Origin: Octopus sinensis
Lineage: Eukaryota
Assembly (NCBI RefSeq): GCF_006345805.1
Contig: NW_021823855.1
Span: 1 to 21,571, forward strand
DNA length: 21,571 nt
Reading direction: 5' to 3'
The position numbers and the translations under genes were made by a program. Below are positions 1 through 10,434 of this stretch, piece after piece. Position 1 is the stretch's first letter. The number at the start of each line of letters is the position of its first letter. The notes under the pieces are model-generated. The model did not search any database, was not told where the DNA came from, and saw only the letters and a list, made by a program, of their open reading frames with translations.

Positions 1-445
1 ATCCATGGGGTGATTATAAGCAAAGTAAGCAACAAGAATATCTTCGGTAATTTGGTACGATCGTTTTATGCTACACCATTTTATTAAACATTGTAAGTAT
101 TACATCAGTTTTAAAATGTTGAGCAATATTCAGCCATTCATAGAGGTTTTCCATCAATAAATATACTTATTTCCATGTCAATTGCTAACATTATAAAGAG
201 GGTAGATCAACAGGCAGAGAGGCTGATTTGATTGTTTAGAATATCATAGTGTTACAATTTATCTTCTCACTGTAGATTTTTCTTTTAGTTATTTGTATCT
301 GCTAGTGAGGAGGGAGAGATATTCGGTTAAATGGAGACAAAGACTTTTTTCCATTTATAGATATAGGGAGGGGTAAAATAAATGTCAAAAGTTATTAATG
401 TTGAAGTTAAAGTGAGGAGATAAAATGTTATGTATTTGTACATAT

Positions 446-793
446 GGGGAAGCACTCCGTCGGTTACGACGACGAGGGTTCCGGTTGATCCGATCAACGG
501 AACAGCCTGCTCGTGAAATTAACGTGTACCTTAACGTAGTTCTTGGGGATATTCAGCGTGACACAGAGAGTGACAAGGCCGGCCCTTTGAAATACAGGTA
601 CAACAGAACAGAAGTAATGAGAAAGTTGTGGTGAAAGAGTATAGCAGGGATCACCACCATCCCTGCCGGAGCCTCGTGGAGCTTTAGGTGTTTTTCGCTC
701 AATAAACACTCACAACGCCCGGTCTTGGAATCGAAACCGCGATCCTACGACCGCGAGTCCGCTGCCCTAACCACTGGGCCATTGCGCCTCCAC
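446..793 (-). mobile_element. Full-length tRNA-derived SINE with 12-bp target-site duplication
   Basis: The minus-strand head GTGGAGGCGCAATGGCCCAGTGGTTAGGGCAGCGGAC...GGTTTCGATTCC has Pol III A-box and B-box motifs. An identical 12-mer ATTTGTACATAT flanks it at 434-445 and 794-805. Confidence 0.9.
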
Positions 794-856
794 ATTTGTA
801 CATATACATATACAGTCAAAATATGCTGATTCGTTCATGTTCGCACATATATGTGA

Positions 857-950
857 GCAAAGACCTTAAGATTTAATGGATGTTGGTTAAAACAATATAC
901 TTTCTTTCATAACCTCCCTACCAAGTAGACGGTCGGTCAAAATTTACTTT
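857..950 (+). mobile_element. Short diverged copy of the LINE ORF end/3'UTR seen at ~1577-1670
   Basis: By eye it aligns with 1577-1668: gcaaagacctt..agatttaatggatg..ttaaaacaatatactttctttcataacctccctaccaagtagacggtcggtcaaaattta vs gcaagaccttcttgagatttaaaggatgattttaaaacaaaatcctttccttgacaaccttgctaccaagcaggcagccggtcaaaattta. Confidence 0.55.
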
Positions 951-974
951 AAAATTAAATACATGCATGCTTCG

Positions 975-1314
975 GGTAAAGACCCCCTTCGGTCATGAAT
1001 GACCATGGGATTGCACCTAGAAAGTTACCCTCCTAGACACAAGTCTGGGCAAGGTTGTTTATGGAAGACCAGCAGTCGCCCATGCATACCAGCCTCCCCC
1101 CTCCACGTAACCAGTGTTATCCAAGGGAAAGACAAAGGTCGATACAGCTTGGCACCTGTGACGTCGCAACTCATTTCTACAGCTGAGTGAACTGGAACAA
1201 CGTGAAATAAAGTGCTTTGCTCAAGAACACAACACGTAGCCCGGTCCGGGATTCGAGCTCACAACCTCACGATCGTAAGCTCGACGCTCTAACCACTGAG
1301 CCATGCGCCTTCAC
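975..1314 (-). mobile_element. tRNA-derived SINE with CORE-like central domain
   Basis: The minus-strand head GTGAAGGCGCATGGCTCAGTGGTTAGAGCG...GAGCTCGAATCCC has A/B boxes. It is followed by GTGTTCTTGAGCAAAGCACTTTATTTCACGTTGTTCCAGTTCACTCAGCTGTAGAAATG, which resembles the CORE-SINE domain (recalled). A 3' stem-loop GGTCAT-GA-ATGACC lies near 991-1004. The 3' boundary is approximate. Confidence 0.8.
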
Positions 1315-1338
1315 TCGCTTACATACATACTTACATAC

Positions 1339-1670
1339 AATGTGGTCAGAAAAATGTAAGAGAAAGAGGACATTTATGGACCGTTGATATGGACCATGTA
1401 AATCCAGTACCCAAGATACACTTTCAGCTTCATACCTTTAATTATTATTGGAGCAAAAGGATACGTACCAGCCCGTCCGGCGCTAAATATGGCCGAACTT
1501 GGCCTCTTGGGAAGAGGAGGCAAATCCTTCATTACTATACTGTAAATGATCACGATATCTGGGACGATAAATGTCTGCAAGACCTTCTTGAGATTTAAAG
1601 GATGATTTTAAAACAAAATCCTTTCCTTGACAACCTTGCTACCAAGCAGGCAGCCGGTCAAAATTTATTC
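1339..1670 (+). mobile_element. Degenerate 3' end of an RLE-type non-LTR retrotransposon (endonuclease C-terminus + 3'UTR)
   Basis: Frame 1 from 1339 reads NVVRKM*EKEDIYGPLIWTM*IQYPRYTFSFIPLIIIGAKGYVP...IL*MITISGTINVCKTFLRFKG* (final stop 1603-1605). This fits the RLE C-terminal pattern K..KY..L / IPIIIGALG / GT..I.K..L. It carries three premature TAA stops and is absent from the ORF track. Confidence 0.65.
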
Positions 1671-1844
1671 GGAATTGCAAAAGAGAAAGAGAACAAACGT
1701 ACATGCATACACACATTACTAGCAAATTCGTGTTATCTGAATTCCAGTGAAGTCTTGTTTAAGTGTTACAAACCGCTTATTTATCTTTCCGGGAGAAATT
1801 TGAGAAATAAAACCAAATATAAATGCATATGCATACATTTATCT

Positions 1845-1945
1845 ACATGTGTGTGTGTGTGTTGTGTTTGTGCGTGAGTGATTGTGTGAGTGACCGAGTG
1901 TGTATGTGTGCGTGTGTGTGTATGTGTGTTGTGTTTGTGTGCATA
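1845..1945. repeat. Imperfect (GT)n microsatellite
   Basis: Seen directly in the sequence. Confidence 0.9.
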
Positions 1946-2354
1946 TACTTACATATATAGTCCTATATGTAATTGTCCTTATATATACAAAACAGGGCAC
2001 CCATGTGTCCATACCTCAGTGAGAATACTTTGTAACACTACAAATATGGTGGCATTTTCAAACAGTAATTTGAAATGAAATTAAACAGAGGGTAATATTT
2101 CCTGTAGATTCAAAATTTAATACTTTGTATTGACCAGCTTATGTGCTTACAAAAGTGTTTACAAAATCTACTTTTAGAAACTAAGCAAATTACAAATTGC
2201 TTCTAACACTATAGATTATGTTCGTTAATAAGGTAACAAATGAGATTTAAGATGGCACCCAAAGTGGATAAACAGAGAGAAGAAGAAAGAATTACAAGGG
2301 GGTGAAAGAGGGTAAAACAAACAAGCAACTTGAATTAAATTCAATCTTGTGTCT

Positions 2355-2432
2355 CTGTGTGTGTGTGTATGTGTGTGTTTGTGTTTTTTGTGTGTGTTTG
2401 TGTGTGTGTATGTTTGTGCGTGTGTGTGTGTA
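2355..2432. repeat. Imperfect (GT)n microsatellite
   Basis: Seen directly in the sequence. Confidence 0.9.
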
Positions 2433-2507
2433 CATACTTAAATACACACAGACAGACAGATAAAACTTATGCACGCACACATACACATCAATATATATAT
2501 ATATATA

Positions 2508-2675
2508 TAACGAAGATACATTTATGCAGAGAAATATATTTTCGTGTATACATTCATATGTATGTGTGTGAGTGTGTGTGTGTGTATGAATGTGTAGATA
2601 TGTATGTATCTATGTGTGTGAGTGTGTGTATATATATATATGTATGTGTGTGTTTATGTATCTATATATATATAT

Positions 2676-2737
<62 letters not shown>

Positions 2738-2782
2738 GTGTGTGTGTATGTATACATGTACATATACGTATGTATATATATG

Positions 2783-2819
<37 letters not shown>

Positions 2820-3630
2820 ATGTACGTATCTATGTTTGCATGAATGTAAGTACATGTGTATGTAGCATAATCAATAGTACCACAATAAATATCTCACTGA
2901 CTCACTGCTCTTTGCAGTAGCAATTGTTAAAACATCTCTGTTGCCAATAAAGTCTTAATTAAACCTCACCGTTCGGTACTCAGCTCATACAGTGAGTGTG
3001 TACGTTTATGTAAGTATATACGTATGTATGCGTGTATGTAAGCATATTTGTATATGCATATATATATATATATAATATATATATATATATATAACGAAGA
3101 TACATTTATGCAGAGAAATATATTTTCGTGTATACATTCATATGTATGTGTGTGAGTGTGTGTGTGTGTATGAATGTGTAGATATGTATGTATCTATGTG
3201 TGTGAGTGTGTGTATATATATATATGTATGTGTGTGTTTATGTATCTATATATATATATGGTATATATATATATATATATTATACTATATATATATATAT
3301 ATATATATAATAGTCTGTGTGTGTGTATTATACATGTACATATACGTATGTATAATATTATGTATATATATGTATATATATATATATATGTGTGTTATGT
3401 ACGTATCTATGTTTGCATGTATGTAAGTACATGTGTATGTAGCTTAATCAATAGTACCACATAAATATCTCACTGACTCACTGCTCTTTGCAGTAGCAAT
3501 TGTTAAAACATCTCTGTTGCCAATAAAGTCTTAATTAAACCTCACCGTTCGGTACTCAGCTCATACAGTGAGTGTGTACGTTTATGTAAGTATATACGTA
3601 TGTATGCGTGTATTTAAGCATATTTGTATA

Positions 3631-3670
<40 letters not shown>
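2508..3670. repeat. Two-copy direct tandem duplication, period 584 bp
   Basis: TAACGAAGATACATTTATGCAGAGAAAT starts at 2508 and again at 3092. The non-repetitive core (~2860-3050 vs ~3437-3630) is nearly identical. Confidence 0.95.
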
Positions 3671-3672
<2 letters not shown>

Positions 3673-3755
3673 TACGTATGTAGTTGAAGTAGCATTTTTT
3701 ATTATATCGACATAATAACTATAATGATAGGAGAAAAGAGAAAGAAAAGAGGAAT

Positions 3756-3818
3756 GAAGAAGAAGAAGAAGAAGAAGAAGATGAAGAAGAAGAAGAAGAA
3801 GAAGAAGAAGAAGAAGAA
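3756..3818. repeat. (GAA)n microsatellite
   Basis: Seen directly in the sequence. Confidence 0.95.
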
Positions 3819-3901
3819 ATTTCCTAATTACGCACAGTGCCTGAAGCAAGCAGGCTGAAAAGACTTCGCGATTTTCTCATAGTTACAATAGTAACAAAAA
3901 C

Positions 3902-3958
<57 letters not shown>
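3902..3958. repeat. (AAT)n microsatellite
   Basis: Seen directly in the sequence. Confidence 0.95.
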
Positions 3959-4073
3959 TTGATTTGCTGGAAACAACAAAACATACTTACTTATAACAAA
4001 CGTATATAGGTAGTTACAAAAAAATGTTTGGTAGACAAGCAAATTACATAAAAATGGAGTAAAAACGCTACAC

Positions 4074-4074
<1 letters not shown>

Positions 4075-4107
<33 letters not shown>

Positions 4108-4158
4108 CACACATACGCACGCACACACAGAGGCATATCTGCGCCCGCGCGCGCGCGC
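4075..4158. repeat. (CA)n tract followed by a short (CG)n tract
   Basis: Seen directly in the sequence. Confidence 0.85.
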
Positions 4159-4369
4159 ATTGTGTCTGTCAGACATTTTAATAATTTGTAACGAAGAATA
4201 ATTTCATGAAAATAGGATATTGCTGAAAATGCAAAATAATTAAGATATAGCTATAAACTTAAGGTCACTTATGTTGGATCAGAACAACCCACATATCTTC
4301 CCTCTACCTCTTTTAATATTGAGTTCTGATACATACACAGGTCTTTTGAGTCACGAAAATTCCAAAGAA

Positions 4370-5005
4370 CTCGCAGTCGATGGTCTCATTTTGTTGTCTA
4401 TACACGAAACGTTGGGCTATTGCCGTTATTTAATATGTTGGCTTGGTTGCTCATTGTATGTAAGCATTCATCCTGGGCTGCAATGATAAACCCTTCAGTT
4501 TCTGATTTTAAACCAGATGGATAAGGGCTTTGTCGACATCGGTATTATTAGCTCTCTTTGAGTATTTTCCATTGAGAGGCTTTTCTTGCCATTTATCAGA
4601 AAGAATATTTAAGGCAGCAGTTTTAGCATGGGTTTTCATGCGCTTAGCATCTTCTGTGATTGTTTCCTGTATGTTTAATTCTGGGATTTGTTTTATTTGA
4701 AATTCATTTAGATATTTCTTTTCCTGTTTTATTACTGATTATTATGTTTGCTTGTTTTCGTACTTCAAAACAAGTTTTAACATCCAGTCATCAGAGATTT
4801 TCAGGTAGGTGTTTAGGCCAACTGTGACAATCTTCATTGTTAATACCAGTTGTAAAAGTCCACAATCGCCTTCTTTTCTTGGCAGGTAAAGTCGTTCTGT
4901 ATCTGCCTTAGAGTGGTGCATTCTATGCATTGTCAACAGTTTACGTATTTTTCTGTCAAGCTTACATATTTCAGTAATTGACCAGTTAATACTATTAAAA
5001 CTATA
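4370..5005 (-). mobile_element. Decayed RLE-type (R4/Dong-like) LINE fragment: end of RT domain to zinc knuckle
   Basis: Minus-strand translation across stops and frameshifts: YSFNSINWSITEICKLDRKIRKLLTMHRMHHSKADTERLYLPRKEGDCGLLQL...KWQEKPLNGKY...DVDKALIH/SGLKSETEGFIIAAQD...ETID. These are typical motifs of RLE-bearing non-LTR elements. Confidence 0.85.
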
Positions 5006-5036
<31 letters not shown>

Positions 5037-5054
5037 TATTATTATTATTATTAC

Positions 5055-5106
<52 letters not shown>
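5006..5106. repeat. (ATT)n microsatellite
   Basis: Seen directly in the sequence. Confidence 0.95.
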
Positions 5107-5442
5107 GAGTGAGAGAGCAGTGCATGCCATCAAAGTGACACTGGGGTAAAATATACGAAGCCCAATATACCCATCATGACCGTCTGATAAAGGTACACCA
5201 GGCACATGCATCACAACCATATGTGCGCGACATGGTGATCTCATATCAAGATAAACAGCACATGACCTTGCAGGTGGGGCCCAGTTAGAATTTTCTTCAG
5301 GTTGAGTAGCCCATCCCGCTCAAAAGGTCTCTGAATAAGGGTTGTTTAAGGATGTTGAAAGCACCACCCATGTTTCCAGAGGTGAATTATTCAAACCCCA
5401 AAGAATCCCTCTCAACACATGGCTATGATGCTCCCCCACTAC

Positions 5443-5444
<2 letters not shown>
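5107..5444 (-). mobile_element. 5'-truncated copy of the ~560-bp non-coding retroelement
   Basis: It is the reverse complement of 7035-7376 with, by eye, 6 substitutions and one 4-bp deletion. ATT tracts lie on both sides. Confidence 0.85.
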
Positions 5445-5499
<55 letters not shown>

Positions 5500-5550
5500 T
5501 ATTATTATCATCATCATCATCATCATTATTATTATTATCGTTATTATTAT
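5445..5550. repeat. (ATT)n/(ATC)n compound microsatellite
   Basis: Seen directly in the sequence. Confidence 0.95.
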
Positions 5551-5848
5551 CACCAGAGAACACCCCATATCAATGTTGTCTTTTCTCTATCTCTTTATTA
5601 TAAATATGCAAACACTGAGAAGTGTTCCTCTTACTAGAAAGAGCTGTCAAACTCCTTATCGTCTTATAACAAAGCACTCCTAGGTGCATGAGTCATGAGA
5701 GCAGAGTCCTCAGGTACCTCTTCGAAAGGGTCCTATCAAAAGCAACCGTCATTAGACTTTCCGGCTGGATTTCCAAGCGCAACCAACTGGGATACTATCC
5801 AATCTTGTTCTTGGTCATAGGTTTGTTAAATCAAGCAAGATGCGTATC

Positions 5849-5851
<3 letters not shown>

Positions 5852-5890
<39 letters not shown>

Positions 5891-6114
5891 TGTATGTGTG
5901 GTGTGTGTTTGTGTGTTTGTGTGTGTGTGTGTGTGTGAGGTGTTTTTGTGTGTGTGTGTGTATGTGTGTGTGTGTGTGTTTGTGTGTTTGTGTGTGTGTG
6001 TGTGTGTGAGTGTGTTTGTGGTGTGTGTGTGTGTATGTGTGTGTGTGTGTGTTTGTGTGTTTGTGTGTGTGTGTGTGTGTGCTTGTGTGTGTGTGTATGT
6101 GTGTGTGTGTTTGT

Positions 6115-6157
<43 letters not shown>

Positions 6158-6193
6158 CGCGCGTGAACGCGTGTGTTTGTGTGTGTGTGTGTG
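5852..6193. repeat. Long imperfect (GT)n tract with internal (GC)n at 6149-6162
   Basis: Seen directly; it accounts for the CV/HT-repeat ORFs in the track. Confidence 0.95.
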
Positions 6194-6748
6194 TTCGGAA
6201 ATAGAGAATGCAAAATATATTGTAGGTTTCGTTGTTTCCAGAGAGAAGGGCTATCATTAACACACTTCACGCTGCTGGTTGTAAGTCTGGATCGACACCG
6301 TTTCTTTATGCTTCATTCTCCTTTTTACATGGTTCCTATGGAAAGAAATTAATTTCGTTTCAACAACGACAACTGCAACCACAACCAATAACCACAATGT
6401 ATTGCTGTCTGGTAGCTATCGATTTCTGTGTAATAAGCAACATATCGATCTGAGGTTTTTTCCTTTTCTTGTGGCACATCATGAGTTTTTACAAGTGATA
6501 AGCGATGAAGAATATGTCGCCTCATCATATATGAATTACATTGGTTCATTTTTTTCTTTTTTACTGTATGTTTGCCATTTCACTGTCAGTATTTTTTTGG
6601 TCAACCTAAATTCTTAACTGTCTGTCCGTCCGTCCAAAATAACAATAGTTGAATTAGTAATCGTTAAACAGTTCATAATTCAATGACAAATGTCCGTTTC
6701 TGTGTCTTTGTTTTTCGTCATCTCCACCACTGAAATAATAACACTAGC

Positions 6749-6804
<56 letters not shown>

Positions 6805-6815
6805 TAATAATAATA
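6749..6815. repeat. (AAT)n microsatellite
   Basis: Seen directly in the sequence. Confidence 0.95.
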
Positions 6816-7376
6816 AATGCCCTGATGCAGTACCAGGCAGTGGTTCTCATGGCTTCTGATCTTAAATGATTGGAAGTGTTATCATGTACATTGTTTTGTC
6901 TTGGTATAAAAGATGGGCTACAGCAAATATTCTGCTCAATACCACAGATTTGCTTGTCAGTTGTTTGACTTTAACCAGTTGAGCATGTCCCTTAGTGTGG
7001 GGCTGACGATATGTGCATCTCTGATCACGAGCAGAAGTAGTGGGCGAGCATCATAGCCATGTGTTGAGAGGAATTCTTTGGGGTTTGAATAATTCACCTC
7101 TGGAAACATGGGTGGTTCTTTCAACATCCTTAAACAACCCTTATCCAGGGACCTTTTGAGCGGGATGGGCTACTCAACCTGAAGAAAATTCTAACTGGGC
7201 CCCACCTGCAAGGTCATGTGCTGTTTATCTTGATATGAGATCACCATGTCGCGCACATATGGTTGTGATGCATGTGCCTGGTGTACCCTTATCAGACGGG
7301 TAGTCATGATGGGTATATTGGGCTTCGTATATTTTACCCCAGTGTCACTTTGATGGCATGCACTGCTCTCTCACTC
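6816..7376 (+). mobile_element. ~560-bp non-coding retroelement (SINE-like or LINE 3'UTR-derived) embedded in (AAT)n
   Basis: It runs AAATGCCCTGATGCAG...GCACTGCTCTCTCACTC with (AAT)n on both sides. A second inverted copy lies at 5107-5444. Orientation is inferred from which end the truncated copy retains. Confidence 0.8.
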
Positions 7377-7415
<39 letters not shown>

Positions 7416-7735
7416 TTTTGTCCACAGATTTTAAAAAATGTGATAATCTGTGGGCAAAACGGTGAAACCGTAAGGCATATTACCAGCCAATGTACGCCAC
7501 TAGCCCTGAAGGAATATAAGAGACTCCAAGACAATATAGCTAGGCTTGTCCATTGGACACTTTGCAACAAGTATGAACATGAAAGAGCAAATATTGATAT
7601 GACCACAAACCTGAAGCCATCGTCGAAAATAAAAATACAATGATCCTATGGGATTTTATGATTCAGTGCGACCATGAGATAGAGAATAGGAAGCCAGACA
7701 TAGTCTTAATTGAAAAAGAAAACAAACTATGCTGT
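7416..7735 (+). mobile_element. RLE-type LINE fragment: zinc knuckle and PD-(D/E)xK endonuclease start
   Basis: It translates to ICGQNGETVRHITSQCTPLALKEYKRLQDNIARLVHWTLC and ILWDFMIQCDHEIENRKPDIVLIEKENKLC (KPDI at 7691-7702), with a frameshift between the two blocks. Confidence 0.88.
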
Positions 7736-7753
7736 ATCTATATCTATGATATC

Positions 7754-7826
<73 letters not shown>

Positions 7827-7847
7827 GATTATATATATATATATATA
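7736..7847. repeat. Imperfect (AT)n microsatellite
   Basis: Seen directly in the sequence. Confidence 0.95.
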
Positions 7848-7851
7848 GTAC

Positions 7852-8050
7852 GAAAGAAGCAACAAGAATGGATTAGTTTTTAGTACAATTGTTTCATACA
7901 AAGACAGGCTTTATTACAAGTTGCAAAAATTGCAGCAGATAAAAGTGTCCCGTACACTTTTATCTGCTGCAATTTTTGCAACTTGTAATAAAGCCTGTCT
8001 TTGTATGAAACAATTCTACTAAAAACTAATCCATTCTTGTTGCTTCTTTC
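7852..8050. repeat. Near-perfect inverted repeat: 97-bp arms, 5-nt loop, one mismatch
   Basis: 7852-7948 is the reverse complement of 7954-8050. The loop is CCCGT (7949-7953) and the single mismatch is C7886/C8016. Confidence 0.97.
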
Positions 8051-8167
8051 TCGTTTATAATCACCCCACATTACTGTATGGTTAACACCATATAGTTTTT
8101 CTGGTCCATCTAAGTTAAGTACCATATTCAAGTAAATTCATTGGAATTGACTTGAATCTTAATTGCC

Positions 8168-8195
8168 TTGATTGTATATATATATGTATGTGTGT

Positions 8196-8231
<36 letters not shown>

Positions 8232-8242
8232 TGTGTGTGTGT
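8168..8242. repeat. (AT)/(GT)n microsatellite
   Basis: Seen directly in the sequence. Confidence 0.9.
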
Positions 8243-9120
8243 GTTGACAGAGCTCTTATCCATCAATAGTTAGCATCTGCCTTAAAATCAGAAACAGAAT
8301 TGTTTATTGAACCAGCCAGGGCCAGTGCCTATTTACAAGATGCTACCAGACCAACATCTTACAGGACGGCCATAGCCCAACGTGTCGTGTGTGTAAACAA
8401 CCATCGATCATTTTGTGTCCATGTGCAGTCTTCTTGCGTCCTCAGACTTTCAACAGGCATAATAGAGCAGCACAGTATATTTAGTGGGTAATTTACAAGT
8501 ATCTGGGCCTATCCCAGAATAAAAACGGGGAGGAACACAAACCACCCCCGATGCTTGAAAATGATCATATTTCACATCTATAGAATTTTTCTGCTCAAAC
8601 TAACTAAAATGTAAATGTAAATGGGTCAAACATTATATTGGATGATTTCAGACAAAAACTCTGTTTCATCATCGATATGATTATGCCAACAGTGAAAAAT
8701 GTATCTGTCAAAACCTATCAAAAACTGAGCAAGTATAAAGATCCTGAAATAGAACTTGGCAAAATGTCGAAACTCAAGACTAGAAAAATATTTGTTGTCA
8801 TAGGTGCTCTAGGAATGATAGACAAATGCGCTGATTCTAAGAAATCCAAAAATAGAAATTAAAAATATAGTCCTCATGGGAACTTTTCATATCCTACGAA
8901 AAATACTGTCTATGTAGTTCCAAGAACATTTTAATTTGTAAACACACTATCAAATGCACTTTTAAATGTACATAACAGCAAACACCTTACACTGTCAGCG
9001 TAAGATCACACATACATCTTATCACCAGACTACTTTTGAAACAAACTTTGAATCTTCTTGAAACCTGAAACACCTTTGGAGAAGCAAGATCCCCATATTG
9101 AGATCGATCTCGATAATTTC
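8243..9120 (+). mobile_element. Decayed RLE-type (R4/Dong-like) LINE 3' portion with probable 3'UTR
   Basis: It reads VDRALIHQ*LASALKSETE..., SPTCRVCKQ..IDH (zinc knuckle), CFIIDMIMP...KLSKYKDPEIEL...VVIGALGMI, then GTFHILRKILSM* (stop ~8917). It shares protein motifs with 4370-5005 but is oppositely oriented. The 3' limit is approximate. Confidence 0.8.
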
Positions 9121-9694
9121 AAGGTAGCTGTTCTGGCGAAGTTGTGAAACTGTCTGTCATTGTTGTGTTTAATGGTGAAAGCGATGTTTTGACAAGAATA
9201 ACTATCATAAACATTGTGTATATTAAAGAGCTTATATTTGTGTGTGGTGGGAAGTAGTGCTTTCGAAAGCTATATTCGTGTAGACGGATAAGTATAAGGA
9301 GTGGGTAAGTAAGATTATTTTCCTCTGATGGAAGAGGTGAGGTGTGCGTCTTATAAACTAGTTTCTCACTTAAGCTACTTTATTTATTGAATTTGTGAGC
9401 ACCTGTGAGTGCGTGAGTATGTGCGTGTGGTAGGAAAGTGATAGAACGCGTCAGGCAAACAATGTATTACGTTTTGATTTCAAAATCTACTCGGTTCTAC
9501 TTTGTCTTCCCCTCATCTGGAAGAGATTTAAATAACTATCTAATGAGCTCGTAGTAAGTTACAAGTGCTTATTCGTTCTTTATTACTATTGCTTCATATT
9601 TTTCTGTATTACACTGTAGTGTTTCATCAAGGCACTTTTCACAATAAAAGTATACATCATCATCATCGTCGTCGTTGTTGTTGTTATTACCGTC

Positions 9695-9875
9695 GCACGC
9701 CAGATAAAATGCTTGGCGGAATTTCACCCAATTTTACGTTCTGACTTCAAATTCCACCGAAGTTGATTTGCCTTTCATCTTTTCGGGGTCGATAAATTAA
9801 GTAAAACACTGGGATCGATGTAATCGACTAGTTCCCTCCCTAAAAATTTCATGCCTTGTGCCTATAGCAGAAAGG
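9695..9875 (+). mobile_element. Degenerate, 5'-eroded SINE of the family clustered at 18.2-19.3 kb
   Basis: It shares GTTCTGACTTCAAATTCCACCGAAGTTGATTTGCCTTTCATCTTTTCGGGGTCGATAAATTAAGTA...CCTTGTGCCTATAGCAGAAAGGATT with the copies at 18510 and 18801. Confidence 0.8.
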
Positions 9876-9882
9876 ATTGTTG

Positions 9883-9954
<72 letters not shown>

Positions 9955-9984
9955 TATTATATTATTAGTATTATTATTATTATT
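9876..9984. repeat. (GTT)/(ATT)n tract shared as tail by a + SINE and a - LINE
   Basis: Seen directly in the sequence. Confidence 0.9.
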
Positions 9985-10381
9985 CTTGTAGTTTTATTTT
10001 TATAGCGTGCTTTCACTTCACTACCAAGCGTGTGCCTTGGGTATGTGCTGTGATTTGTTGTGATGCTCTGATGGTTATTGTATGGAAAGTGTTCTGCGTA
10101 GGATGTGGTGCAGTGCCTAGTAGTGCAATTTTCTGTATGTTATATGTGTTTGTAAGTCCTGGTGTTTTTGTTATGTATTTGTCTGAATATTTTTTTATCA
10201 TGCCTAATGCACCTACTATGATAGGAATTGTTTCTGTTTTTAGATTCCACATTCTGGTTACCTCTATTTCCAGGTCTTTGTATTTTGAGAGTTTCTCCAT
10301 TTCTTTTAGAGACACGTTGTCATCAGCCGGTATTGATACATCAATTAGAAAGCATTTTTTCTTCATGATCTTTGACAACTA

Positions 10382-10384
<3 letters not shown>
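9985..10384 (-). mobile_element. Well-preserved 5'-truncated RLE-type (R4/Dong-like) LINE 3' end with 3'UTR and (AAT)n tail
   Basis: It reads KKCFLIDVSIPADDNVSLKEMEKLSKYKDLEIEVTRMWNLKTETIPIIVGALGMIKK...IQKIALLGTA, then a 1-bp frameshift, then HILRRTLSIQ*. The UTR ends ...AAAACTACAAG followed by (AAT)n. Confidence 0.9.
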
Positions 10385-10426
<42 letters not shown>

Positions 10427-10434
10427 CATTATTA

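Noticed and set aside
720-793. tRNA-like sequences (also 1245-1314 and the heads at 18.5-19.2 kb) as tRNA genes
   Set aside because: They continue into SINE bodies, one has a TSD, and I could not fold a full cloverleaf with an acceptor stem.
1374-1580. Minus-strand ORF with HMG-box-like DLPPLPKRPSSAIF
   Set aside because: The resemblance is short with no following HMG helices, and the opposite strand explains the region as a LINE remnant.
1389-1598. Plus-strand ORF (contains NYYW) as a possible T1-domain exon
   Set aside because: It has no NVGG, FFDR or CCW T1 motifs, and another frame carries the LINE motifs.
6818-6835. CCCTGATGC as a hammerhead ribozyme core
   Set aside because: It lacks the CUGANGA consensus, and I could not find a matching GAAA with flanking stems.
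7880-8131. 83-aa minus-strand ORF spanning the hairpin
   Set aside because: I recognise no domain, and about a third of it is read through the inverted duplicate.
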